DNA from: Octopus sinensis
Taxonomy: Eukaryota
Direction: 5' to 3'
Length of the DNA stretch: 64,000 nt
Assembly: GCF_006345805.1 (NCBI RefSeq)
Contig: NC_043002.1
Location: 56,544,001-56,608,000 of the forward strand
Under the pieces are notes generated by a model. That model was not told the DNA's origin and did not search any database. It saw only the letters and a list, made by a program, of their open reading frames with translations. Shown one piece after another: positions 50,870-64,000 of the stretch. Every line of letters starts with the position of its first letter. Position 1 is the stretch's first letter. A program made the position numbers and the translations under genes.

Positions 50870-51998
50870 GAATATATTTATGTGTGTGTCTGTATTTGTT
50901 ACCCCACCATTGCTTGACAACTGATGTTGGCATGTTTATGTCCCCGTAACTTAGTGGTTCTGCAAAAGAGACTGATAGAATAAGTACCAGGCTTACAAAG
51001 AATAAGTCAGGGGGTTGATTTCTTTGACTAAAAGACCATGCTCCAGCTGGGCCGCAGTCAAAATCACTGAAACAAGCAAAAGAATGAATAAAGGAAGAGG
51101 AAGGACTGTTTTCGATGCCACTACCCTGAATTTCCTGTTTCTATTTTGTCCCACAAGAAGATAGAAGTAAGAATCTCACAGTAATAAATGATTTAACCCT
51201 TTCATTACCAACCCGGCTGAAACTGGCTCTGAGTACAAATGTCTTGTTTTCATAAGTTTTGAATAAAAATCTTCTGACAAACCTTAGTCACAATTTATGG
51301 TCCTAACACTAGCTTAATAGTAAGTTATTTTACTAAAGTCTTTGTTATATTTAAAGTAAATGAAAGAACACAGAGTATCTCAAAATAAATATGGTAATGA
51401 AAAGGTTAATGGTGATGGGAGATGGTTAGTCAAAGCATTGACTCTAGTTCTTTGCTGATATTTTATTCTACTAACCACGGAGGGGTGAAAGGCAAAATTT
51501 TACATGGGTGGGATTTGAAAGTAAAGAGCTGGAAAAAATACGCCACCAAATCTATTTCGATTTTGCCAGCTTGGCGCCAAACTAACAACACAAAAAGCAT
51601 CCTCGGCTCTGAATGTTTAGATATGGTCTGTACTGGTTGTAAGTTCATTCAATTATGAATTTGTAAAACCAAACAACCCATTCCTGTAATATAGCACACA
51701 AATATATAAGCATCCAGAAAGACACAAAACAAAAACAGTAGAAATAAAAATAATTAATATATATGTATGTATGTGTGTGTATATGTTTGTGTGTATCTGT
51801 GTTTGCTCCCCAAACATTGCTTGACAACTGATGCTGATGTGTTTACATCCCTGTAACCTAGCGGTTCGGCAAAAGAGACCGATAGAATAAGTACTAGGCT
51901 TACAAAGAATAAGTCCTGGGATCGATTTGCTCGACTAAAGGCGGTGCTCCAGTATGGCCACAGTCAAATGACTGAAACATGTAAAAGAGTAAAAAGAG

Positions 51999-52062
<64 letters not shown>

Positions 52063-52599
52063 AACACAAAAAGAAACAGTTACAAGCACACAAAAATTAA
52101 AGAAAAGCTATAAAATGAACAAAAGAATTAAATAGCAAAATGTTTTTGTAAATAAACTAATTCAGTGAACCATATCTCAAAGCTTCCCGCCAAAACAGTA
52201 GGTATGAAGTTACAGCTTTTTCCTTTTCTATTCAAAGGCATTTTATTTATTTATACTCTTTTTTCCTTGTTGTCTGTATCCTTCACATTATGTAAAAACT
52301 GCTGCTAGACTTTTGACTATTTCTTCAACTAAACTCAACAGCTAAGTAGGCTTCAAGACTAGCTGAGTGGAAGAAAACAAAGATATCACTTACATAGTCA
52401 TCACTACCAGCCACACATACAAACAGAAATATGCCAAGAGCCTCCTGACCAATCTAAATAACCAAATAATTATACATACGGGGCGGGGCATGTGTCTATG
52501 GCTGTGTGCGCGCACTTATGTATGTGAATTTCCCTAAATATATATATTCTTTTATTTGTTTCAGTCACTTGACTGCGGTCATGCTGGAGCACCACCTTT

Positions 52600-52630
<31 letters not shown>

Positions 52631-53201
52631 AAAGAAACATCTGCATGTAGCTAAACATAACATTAGAAATAAGAAGCATAATGTTTCTATCTATCCATGT
52701 TTCTAACATACATATTTATTATTTACACACACATCTGTAAACAAGAATTTCAGAAAATACTACTACTACTACTAATAATAATAATGGTTTCAAATTTTAG
52801 TACAAGGTTAGCAGTTTTGGGAGGAAGGGAGTAAGTCGATTGCCTTTGATCCTGGTACTCGGCTGGTACTTATTTTATCGACCTCGAAAGGGTGAAAGGC
52901 TAAGTTCACCTCAGATGAAATAACGCTAAGCATTTTGCCTGGAACGCTAATGATTCTACCAGCTCTCTGTCTTAATAATAATAATAATGATGATGGTGAT
53001 TATGATGATAATAATAATCCTTTCTACAACAAGCACAAGGCCCCAAATTTTGGGGGAGATGGGGGCCAGTCGATGAGATCAACCCCAGTACGCAACTGGT
53101 ACTTAATTTATCAACCCCCAAAAGGGTGAAAGGTAAAGTCAACCTCGGCAGAATTTGAACTCAGAACATAGTGATGTAACGATTCTGCCAGCTTGCCACC
53201 T

Positions 53202-53232
<31 letters not shown>

Positions 53233-56200
53233 GCTAATAATAATAATAATAATAATAAGGATACAAGGCCAGCATTTTCCTTTTTTTTAGGAGAGAGGAC
53301 AGTCAGTTACATTGTTCCAAGTGTTGAACTGGTACTTATTTCATCAACCTCACAAAAATGAAAGGTGAGTGTAAAGATGGATGAAATGCTAAGCATTTTG
53401 TCTGGTTTGTTAATGATTCTGCCAGTTTGCCACCTTAACCATCATCATCATTTAATGTCTGTTTTCCATGCTGGCATGGGTTGGATGGTTTGACAGGAGC
53501 TGGCAAGGTCAGGGGCCACACCAGGTTCCATAGTCTATTCTGGCATGGTTTCTAAAGCTTGATGCCCTTTCTGATGCCAACAACAGTGTGTAATGGATGA
53601 TTTTTTTGTGGCGCCAGTGCTTTGTAAAACATAGACATACCTGTGTACTAGGTGTTGATTTGTTTGACTAAACCTTCGAACACAGTGCACCAGCATGACT
53701 GGAACAATTAAGATTTACATTTTTACAACTGTCAAGGTAGCTCTCAGCTGTTTGAATACCATTCATAGCTCCATTTTTCTTATGCTGACATTGCTTGTAT
53801 GTGACAGGAATAGCATAAGAAGGACCTGTCTCTTGTGTCAGTACACAGTGTCTGCCTTTCTGGTTTCAGTTGCTGAAGAGAAAATAACCACTCTGAAACG
53901 CATACATCCAACAGCCTGGTTAGGGAACGCTGTGTACTGACCCAATGTGTTTGTACCTATCTGTCTACTGCGAGAAATTTTCTCCATGACAAAATGACTT
54001 TCTTATGGGTTGAAATATACTTGAAGTATATTTGAACTAGTAACAATTTTGATTTTATACACATCACTGCTTAGCACTGTCTCATTATATATATATGTGT
54101 GTGTGTGTGTGTGGTGTGTGTGTATATTGACTATATTTTATGCCTGTCCAATTATTGATAATGTCATTCATTCACATAATTTTTAGCTTTTCTCTTCTCT
54201 TCTTTCCTCTATTAACAATTTCTCCCAACCATATTTTCTAATTAACTGTCCGAAATATTTGAGGCTTTTCAGTTTGATGGGGTACAATAAAATTCTGTCA
54301 GCATTTGCCATTTCCAGTTCTTTTAGAATTGACATTGATGTCTCTAGATATTAGTATGTTGGATATTTGCATTTCCATCTCTCCATTTTTTTGTGGAAAC
54401 TGTGTGGAAGCCTATCATGTGTGTGAGTGTTTTAACATTGCATGATTGTTGTAAATGAATGTTGTTCGGTTTCAATATTCTGCAAAAATGTGTCTGGCCT
54501 GGGGGAAATATCACCTTGCTTGGAAACAGGAAGTGCATTCAGCTGTAGAAAAAATATGCCTCAATAAACTCCATCTGACTTATGCAAGCATGGAAAAGTG
54601 GATGTTAATATATACGAGTATGTGTGTGTACATAAAGATTCCTCAATTCAATTATGAATTTTCAAAACCAGTACACCCATTTAATCAAGCAAAGAGACAC
54701 ATTTAAAACATTAAGACAAATAATTAATGATACTAGAATTAATTAAAATTCTTAGACTAAAACTAATTTCAAGAACATGAACATCATAACTAATCAAAGT
54801 AAATTAAAACATAACCATTGAAATTCTATTAGTACACTGCCATGTTGCCTCTACAGAATGATGTTATGATAGGTATAGAATTACAGGTTTGCACATGGAA
54901 AAAAAAAATAATGGATACTTATTGAAATTATAATTGTAAACAACTTCCTCAAACAAAATATGTTTCTGAAACACTCAAAAATATGTATATTGATCACTGC
55001 CTTCTTTTGATGTGGAACACCTAACCCTTTTCATTCCAACCTGATGAAACAGGCTCCCATGATACAAACTCTCTGTTATCTAAATTAAAAAACTTCCATC
55101 AAATTTTCACATTAATTTATGTTCGAAACATGATAAAGTTATTCTAATAAATTCTTCATTATTTTCAAAATTAATTGAAACAAAGACAGCATATTTCAGC
55201 AGAAATATAGTAAGAAATTAGGGTTAAGTCTTTTGATACCAACCCAGATGAAACTGACCCTGGTTCTATGATATGTTCTTCCTGTTTTAAAATGATCTAA
55301 ATTTAAATTTTCCATCAAAGTTTCATACTAATCCTTTAGTATTTAAATTGGCCAGATCCAGCCAAAATGTTTCACCTGTTTTCTTCTCAAACTGGCCAGA
55401 TCCAGCTTCTCAGACCTATTCTACAATGTCATTCCAAAAAAAAAAAAAACATCATTGTGATAAAACGATGTGAATGAATAAACCTTACATTTGGCAAAAG
55501 AATCAGAATGCTAAAAGGTTAATTTATGTTCCAAACACCCGCTTAATAATGACAAAGTTATTTCAATAAATTCTTAATTGAAACAGAAGTAGTGTATTTC
55601 AATGGAAATATGGCAACTAATGAGTTAACGACTATCACATCTATTTGTAAGATATCATCATACTCATTGTTGTCGTTTAACGTCCGCTTTCCACGCTGGC
55701 ATGGGTTGGATGGTTTGACTGAGGGCTGGCGAACCAGAAGGCTGCACCAGGCTCCAATCTGATCTGGAAAAGTTTCTACAGCTGGATGCCCTTCCTAATG
55801 CCAACCACCCCAAGAGTGTAGTGGGTGCTTTTTACATGCAACCAGCATGAGGGCCAGTCAAATGGTACTGGCATCAACCATGCTTGAATGGTGCTTTTTA
55901 CCTGCCACCAGCATGGGACCAGTCAGCCGGCACTGGTATCGTTCACACTTGAATGGTGCTTTTTACGTGCCACCAGCACGGGAGCCAGTCAAACAGTACT
56001 GACATTAACCATGCTTGAATATATGTTGTTTTAATTTTCCTAGAGACAACAAAAACAAAAAATAGAAATAAAATCAATAAAATTTACATGAAATTCATTT
56101 AAAAGTAAAAAACACAATAAATTTTTATAAATCATTAATTAAGTTCAAAGATAGGTGCAGGAGTGGCTGTGTGGTAAAAAGCTTGCTTCCCAACTACATA

Positions 56201-58779
56201 GTTCTGGGTTCAGTCCCACTGCGTGGCACCTTGGGTAAGTGTCTTCTATTATAGCCCCAGGTTGACCAAAGCCTTGTGAGTGGATTTTGTGGATGGAAAC
56301 TGAAAGAATCCCGTCGTATATATATGTATTTGTGTGTTTCTGTTTGTCCCCCCACTATCGCTTGACATCCGATGTTGGTGTGTTTAAATCCCTGTAACTT
56401 AGCAGTTCGGCAAAAGAGACTGATAGAATAAGTGCCAGGCTTACAAAGAATGATTTGTTCGACTAAAGGCGGTGCTCCAGCACAGCCGCAGTCAAACGAT
56501 TGAAACAAGTAAAAGAATAAAAGAATGAATTTATATATATTATTTATTAAGTTTAAAGATATTTTCCTTCAAATTTTTTATTTTATTTTGGTTATTAGAT
56601 TAACAAAGGAAATTCATTTACTCATGTAATCGCAAATATTATATGGACGGTTACTAGTCACTGGAACCAAGTACGAATAATAACAATAATATTAATTAGA
56701 GAAGCTATTTAGCTGTAGTAGCATTTCTGTACAATACGTTATTTAGGTTAAACAGCCTAAAGCAAACGGAAGGCTGAAGGACAGCTAAAGTTTCTTGACA
56801 TGTAAAGTGAATAAATAAACAATAATAAATAAAAACAGAAGATTAATACGAAAATGAAGGAAAATTTCAAAGGAACAAACAAAACTGTAATCTATAGTAG
56901 TTAGACTTATACATTAAAAAAATGTGTTGTGTGTGTGGAGGGTATGGCTGTGTGTGTGTGTGTATACGAACATGCAGGCGGATTTTGACATAAGTGGATG
57001 TAAATGTCATTTATAAAGTCTACAAGTAAATATTTATTTACGGATAGTGTTATATATGTTGTAAAACCACCATCACAGGTTTAATGATCCCTCTTACCCC
57101 CCTGCCATGCTTGCATGGGTTAGACAAAGTTCACTGAAGTAAAACTTCTGCAGTTGGTTGCCCTTCCCGCTGCTGCCATCACTCACCTGTTTCTAAGCAA
57201 GGTAATATTTCCCCCATGGCCAGACACATGCTTTCATAGAATTCTGGAAATGAAAGCCACTGCTTGTATGACAGTGACACTCATTTACAGCTATCACATC
57301 ATGTCAAAAAAAAGGAGACATAAGCATACAAAAACTCACACAGTCATATATATATATATATATATACGTATGTATATATATATGAACGTGGCCGATGCAA
57401 GCGCCGCCTTCACTGGCTTCTGTGCTGATGGCACGTAAAAAGCACCACTACACTCATGGAGTGGTTGGCATTAGGAAGGGCATCCAGCTGTAGAAACACT
57501 GCCAGATCAGACTGGAGCCTGGTGCAGCCCCCAGGCTTCCCAGACCCTGGTCGAACCGTCCAACCCGTGCTAGCATGGAAAACAGATGTTAAACGATGAT
57601 GATGATGATGATATATATATGTATATGTATATGTATGTGTGTGTTGTGTATATATATATATATATATATATATACATTTACTGCCTAGGTAATTTGCATC
57701 ACCATCCTCCTCTTCATCATTTGATGCCTGCTTTCCATGCTGGCATGGGTTGGACAATTTGTCAGGAGATAGCACCAGGCTCCTCTTTGTTTTGACAAAG
57801 TTTCTCCAGCAGAATGCCCTTCCTAATGCCAACCACTTTACAGTGTATACTGGGTACTTTTATGTGGCACCAGCACTGGTGATCTCACAAAACAAGGGCC
57901 TCTCAGCTGAGATAGAGAGAGAGAGAGAGAGAATAGGACTGAGAGATTAGAGCACACAAAAATGATCTGATGGCTTCTTTCAGTTTTCATCTACTAAACC
58001 CTTTGATCCACTTGGGACTATAGTAGAGGACACTTTGAATCGAGTGCCATGGAAAATGGTATGTATGTTGAAAAGCAAATTCCTGTGCTTGTAACTGATA
58101 GAAGGGCTGAGAATTTCATGCATGGTACTCATTAAATGCATAAAACTCTCGACCCTTGAGTCATCGGGTAACTAGTGAAGATTAACTCTCTAGCATTCAA
58201 ATTACTCTGTCAAATGTAATGCTTATTTATTCACATCATTATCATCATTGTTTAATGTCTGTTTTCCATACTGAAGTCTGGAGAAGAGGGAAGAGTCCAT
58301 GGGAAAAAAAGACAAAACTGAGAACTTATTGGCAAAATGACAAAAAAAAGAAACCCAATATAGGAGACCTCTGGCTGAATGCACAACCATGTGTGAATCA
58401 ATGGAAAGAGCTGGTTCATGTATCCACAGTCCCTGACTCTCAGCAATGACAATGGGAATAGGGAAGGTTTGAATAAATAGAGTTAAGAGTTTGATTAAAA
58501 CAACAGTACATCCAAGTAAATTATGGACTTGCTGTTAGTCAAAAGAAATCAATAAGGCTTCTGTTGTTAAACAGCAACAATCAACAGGAGGTGAGAAGAT
58601 CCATGTTATATGGTCAGTCAGCTGCTGGCCATTATTTAACTGACAACAACTAAACTACAATCTTGACATACAAAACATCTCACTTTCAGCAAACTGTATT
58701 TCTGCTTGTTTTTTAACATCCATTTTTTTGCTTTGCAAATGTGTAACAATTCAATATTGTTGTTGTTTGTACTGTTAAA

Positions 58780-58985
58780 GGGTGCCACACAAAAAGCACC
58801 TGTGCTGGCACCGTGTAAAATGCGTCCATGCTGGCACCGAGCTAAAAGCACTCATGCTGATGCCATGTCAAAAGCACCTGTGCTGGTAACACATATAAAT
58901 CACTCATGCAGGTGCCACATATAGAGCACCTATGGTGGCACTATGAAAAAAAGCTCCTGTGTTGGTGTCATATAAAAAGCACCCA
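58780..58985 (+). repeat. Tandem array of ~23-bp units within the RTE-tail repeat
   Basis: About 9 diverged units of GTGCTGGTGCCAC-TAAAAAGCACC running into the standard tail (to about 59158). Confidence 0.75.
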
Positions 58986-59380
58986 GTACACTCTGTAAAG
59001 TGGTTGGTGTTAGGAAGAGTATCTAGCCATAGAAACCATGCCAAAACAGATAATTATAGCCTGGTGCAGTTCTTCAGCTTGCCAGCTCCTGCACACCATG
59101 TAACCCGTGCCAGCATGGGAAATGGATGTTAAATGGTAATGATGAATGATGATGATGATTTTACTTGTGTGATTTTTTGCTACCCTGTTAACTATTTATC
59201 TGTTTTTTTCGTGTTAATAGTTAACAAGGGAAAAATACACACATCTATTTATATAATATATATATATGATGAGCTTCTTTCAATTTCCACCTAACAAATC
59301 CACACACAAAGCTTTAATCAGCCCAGGGGAATAATAAAAGACACTTGTCCAAGGTGCCATGGAGTGGGACTGAACCTGAA

Positions 59381-59705
59381 AGGGGTCTCAGGGAGTAGCA
59401 TCCCTGCCTTCCTGAGCTAGTTTTCTACCACATTTCTGAAAAATTGTGGTAGCGACCTTGGTCTCAGGACCACCCATGTCTACAAACTGAGGTTGGGGGT
59501 ATGCAAGGGCATGCTCCCTGTGGAAAATCAAACTCCAGAAAAGCCTCATAATAGCAAAGGAGAATGGGCACCAGCCAGCCCAAATGTTGGAGTGGGCTGC
59601 ACCTGCCTACCTTGGTTGCTATGGCATTGAGATAAATCTAGCCAGCCCTGTTAATGGGGACAAAACCTGGATTTAAAACACTAGATGATGGTGGTGATGA
59701 TGATG
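59381..59705 (+). mobile_element. Short RTE-derived bipartite element
   Basis: The 3' ~90 bp match the RTE end at 28090-28182; the 5' part is GC-richer and non-coding. Confidence 0.5.
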
Positions 59706-60610
59706 AATACACAGCCATGCCTCTGTGTGTGTGCAACCATACTGAGGAGAAAAAAGTATAGAGGTAATAGCAATAGTAGAGATAGGAGACGAGGTAGAAA
59801 GTGGGTGGAAGCCGATAAAAAATTAATAAGCTTACATATGAATACACACCCACACCTACACATAAACTTCTCCCCCAATTCGTTACAGAATACCTCCTAC
59901 ACAACATCACATTCCACATACTGGAAAGAGATAAACACCTTTTTTGTTTTTGTTTATATCAGAAATATACTATTTATGAAAGTAATATATCATTGGCTTC
60001 TTATTGAAGGAATATGCAAAAGTTGGAGTAGAAAATTATTTTAGTCACTCGATTCCACTCTAGCATAGAGATGGTATCCAGTTATCTATAAACCTTGGTA
60101 GTATGACCCCCAATAGTTTTAGAATCCAGGAGAGAGGGAGAGAGAGAGATACTGTAAATACTATATGTGATACAATAGGCGGCGAGCTGGATGAAGTGCT
60201 TAGCAGTATCTTGTCTGCCTTTATGTTCTGATTTTAAATTCTGATGAAGTCGACTTTACTTTTCATCCTTTCGGGGTTGATTAAATAAGTACCAGTTATG
60301 CACTGGGGTCGATGTAATTGACTTGTTTGTCTTTGTTTGTCCCCTCTATGTTTAGCCCCCTGTGGGCTAAACATAAGAAATACATATGTGATACAATTAG
60401 TTCTCTGCGAGCTTGTCGCTACTGCCACCACCTTTATAAGAAATAACATTTGGTTCCCACATGCGTAAAAGGCCATATGTTTGAGCAAAGAAGCCTGAGA
60501 GGGTAAAGCCACCCGCAGAATATTACTGGTACATTGTCTGACAACTCTGCAAGGATGAATAGTACATTTGAACCAAGGAAGCTTTTAAATGCAAAAATTC
60601 ATTATTACTA

Positions 60611-60990
60611 TTACCTCCATCTTTGCTAAGGCAGAGGTAATAATAATAATGAGTATTGTTTCCAGTTGCATTTGTTTGTTTGTCTGTGGACAAGATATCT
60701 CAAGAACTGCTGGATGAATTAGGATGAAGTTTCAGGGATGTTTGGCTTCATGACTGATACAAACTGATTAGATTTTGGGATCAATCCAGTACCGTACAAA
60801 GATTGTGAATTATTTTTCCATTTTTTTTTTACTTAATTTTTGAGAGTGGTTGGTCGGGTTCATTTTTAGTATTCTCGTTTGTGAGGGCAGTCGAGTTTAT
60901 TTCAGATATTCTCATTTTAAAAATCATTTCTGGCTAATCGTTGAGAGGACATTGGTGTTGCCTTGGCAGAGGTTTGTGCTTTGAGTGCTG
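60611..60990 (+). mobile_element. DINE-1/HINE-like element
   Basis: TTACCTCC..GGCAGAGGT, (GTTT)n, terminal GGCAGAGGT plus a short imperfect stem-loop; homologous to 1-328. Confidence 0.6.
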
Positions 60991-63900
60991 TGTTATTATT
61001 ATTATTATAAGGCAGTGAGCTGGTAGAATCGTTAGCATGCCAGGCAAAATGCTTAGCATTCTCTCCTGATGACCCCATACACTTGCTGGCTTCCGGTATG
61101 TGGAGCTTTTGACTGGTAGCACTTGCATGTGCAAGTTGTTTGCAAGACATCTGCCACTACATTCTGAGTTCAAATTCTGGCAGGCTCGACCTTGCCTTTC
61201 ATTCTTTCGGGGGTTGATTAAATAAGTACCAGTTATGCACTGGGGTCGATGTAATCGACTTAATCTCTTCCCCTAAATTTGAGGCCTTGTGCTTCCAGTA
61301 GAAAGGATTATTATCATTATTTGCTGGTGAGCTGACAGAATCGTTAGCAAGCTGAGCTGGACAAAATGCTTAGTGGCATTTTGCCTGCCTCTATTTTCTG
61401 AGTTCAAATTCCACCAAGGTTAACTTTGCCTTTCATGCTTTTGGAGTCAATGAAATAAGTACCAGCTGAGCACTGGGGGTCAATGTAGTCAACTTAGAGC
61501 CCTCCCCCAAAATTTCAGGTCTTGTGCCTATATTTGAAGAAATTTTTAGTTGAATAAATCGACCCCAGAACTTATTTGTTTTTTAAGCCTGGTACTTATT
61601 CTATCAGTCTCTTTTGCTGAACTGCTAAGTTATGGGGATGTAAACAAACCAACAATGGTTGTCAAGTAGTGGGGAGGGACACATACACATACATGATGGG
61701 CTTCTTTCAGTTTCTATCTACCAAATCCATTCAAAAGGATTTAGATGGTCCTAGACTATAGTAGAAGACACTTGCCCAAGGTGCTATATATGCAGTGGGA
61801 CTGAACTTGGAACTATGTGGTTGAGAAGCTGTGGAAAAAGTAGTTAGCTCTGATTTTAAAACTTTGGGCTTCAGAGAGGATCGTATGATACAAAGAAGCA
61901 CCGTAAAGTAACACACACTCAATCCAAGCATCCTCATCATTTAACATCCATTTTGCATGCCAGCAAGAGGTGAATAGTTTTACAGGATTCAATGAATTCA
62001 AGTGCTGTGCCAAGCTTCTATGTCTGCTTGGGCACAGCCTCAACAGCCACATGCTCTTCCTAATGCCAATCACTTAACAAAATGTATTGAGTGCATTTTT
62101 CATGGTATCAGCACGAGTGAGGCCACCAAATAACTTGCAACACTAAAAAGCTTCACTCAACCAAGTGGGAGTATAGCAGAGTATAGGTGGTCCACTGTTA
62201 AGTGCCTGAGAGGCTAAAGTATCACAGAGAGATAAGAACAGGTGTTTTGCAGCAGAGGTGATACATGGCCACCCCTTATTATATAAGGATGGGTGCATGT
62301 ACAGGAAAAAGAAAAAAAAAACCAAAAGAAAAAAAAATGAACACTGGATTATGGATGATGATAATCTAGCCATGGTGTTGGCAGTGGTGATGGTGACGAC
62401 AGAGATGGGAAGCCGGAGAAGCTTTTACTGTCAACTGTAAACTTAATGTCAAGAATTACAGCAAATGACATTAATTTTCTATTCTGAAATGGCTGACATT
62501 TGAACACAACCATTTTAAGATGTTAGCATATCTCTTTCTTTCTCTGCCTCTCTCTGTTGATATTGTTTTGTCATGAGCTACACCTGATGTTATTCATGTC
62601 TCAGATATTGATATAGCCATGGGATGTTAATGGCCTTTTTATGAATAGAGTAATTCTATTTACTTAGTATCGTTATCATCATTATTATTATTAATTTTTA
62701 AAAGTTTTAGTCTATAGCTTGCTATATTGTGACTGTTTGTCAGGCCAATGTCTATATTAAATTAAAAAACAAAACAAAACTTAATCTTCCCATGGATTAG
62801 AAACAACAATCAGGCGAGTGCTTTCAATCTGGTCTCTATAACAGAAGAAAGAAATTGCAATGTAGATAAAACGAAGCTCTATAATAGTGGAAAACTTGCC
62901 CAGGTTTGTTATTCTTTTATTTGTTCCAGTCATTTGACTGCGGCCATGCTGGAGCACCGCTAAATGACAGGGACGTAAACACACCAGCATCGGTTGTCAA
63001 GCGATGTTGGGGGGACAAACACAGACACACAAACATATACATAGATACATACATACATATATATATATATACGAAGGGCTTCTTTCAGTTTCCGTCTACC
63101 AAATTCATTCCCAAGGCTTTGGTTGGTCCGAAGCTATAGTACAAGACACTTTCCCATGGTGCCACACAATGGGACTGAACCTGGAACCATGTGTTTGGTA
63201 AGCAAGCTTCTAACCACACAACCACTCCTGTGCCTAATGTGTTTTTTTTTAGTTAGGTTAACTGAGGTAAGTAAAATTAATAAAATTTACTCAGCCAAAA
63301 CTAAACACAAAGCCTGATAAATTGGCGATGCCAACATCATAACTTTCCCAATATTGAAGACATTCCTGCCACCACTACCACCAGAACTGAATTGGAGTAA
63401 TGGAAATGAGTTTCAAGAATCAGGAATATACAAGAAAAGGGTGCAGGACTGGCTGTGTGGTTAAGAAACTTACTTCCAAACCGCCTGGTTTCTGGTTCAG
63501 TCCCACTGCATGCCACCTCAGGCAAGTGTCTTCTACTACATTCCCAAGCCAACCAAAGCCTTGCGAGTGGATTTGGTAGGTGAAAACTGAAAAGAAGCCT
63601 GCTGTATACATATGTATATGTGTGTACATGTCTGTGAGTTGGTGTTTTCTTATCTTGGCATTGTAGGATTGCTGTAAACGAGTGTCACTCTCATACAAGC
63701 AGTGTCCTTTTGTTTTCAGTCTTCCATAAAAATATATCCAGTCACAGGGAAGAATTTCCTTACTTGGAAACAGGTGAGGGTTGGTGATAGGAAGGGCATC
63801 CAGCTATAGAAACCTTGCCTCAACAAATTCCACGCGAGCATGGAAAAGTAGATGTTATGATGATGATCATGAAAAGGGGGCTACAAATTGTGGCATTCCA

Positions 63901-64000
63901 AAAAATTATAATGGTTATGTTAATTAAGAATATGAAAATATGGACAACTGTGCCAACAATAATACACTAGTACAGGAGTGGGGAGAGGTGACTTCTTGTT

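Noticed and set aside
58780-58985. CRISPR-like periodic palindromic repeats
   Set aside because: No unique spacers and no cas genes; eukaryotic context and contiguous with an RTE tail.
62780-62836. Minus-strand exon after a strong acceptor (ttcttctgttatAG) with ATG GGA AGA TTA A|GT
   Set aside because: The donor GTTTTG is very weak and there is no homology support.
1-64000. Prokaryotic operon or defence system
   Set aside because: No gene-dense coding sequence; spliceosomal introns and metazoan transposons throughout.

Overview
AT-rich, repeat-saturated eukaryotic DNA; the SINE/RTE/microsatellite landscape looks like octopus (coleoid cephalopod) genome, which is my inference and not a database match. 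The only recognisable host gene is THOC7 (THO/TREX subunit 7) on the minus strand: two phase-compatible GT-AG exons (16488-16368, 13978-13851) that the ORF track does not show in the right frame, plus a candidate upstream exon (26342-26309). The 3' exons seem to lie beyond the window start. The rest is intron or intergenic DNA filled with tRNA-derived SINEs, RTE, R4/Dong-like and HERO-like LINE fragments, Tc1/mariner relics, piggyBac- and hAT-type MITEs, a Helitron, DINE-1/HINE-like elements, a solo LTR and microsatellites. Almost all listed ORFs are spurious. The most notable signal is a set of apparently unrelated fold-back elements carrying minimal hammerhead-ribozyme (HHR) cores like those of Penelope-like elements, including a multi-copy element that joins a tRNA-type Pol III head to an HHR. 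A second is a pair of inverted repeats tightly bracketing two THOC7 exons whose 249-nt back-spliced circle would be stop-free. Repeat boundaries were read by eye and are approximate; the exon boundaries were counted.
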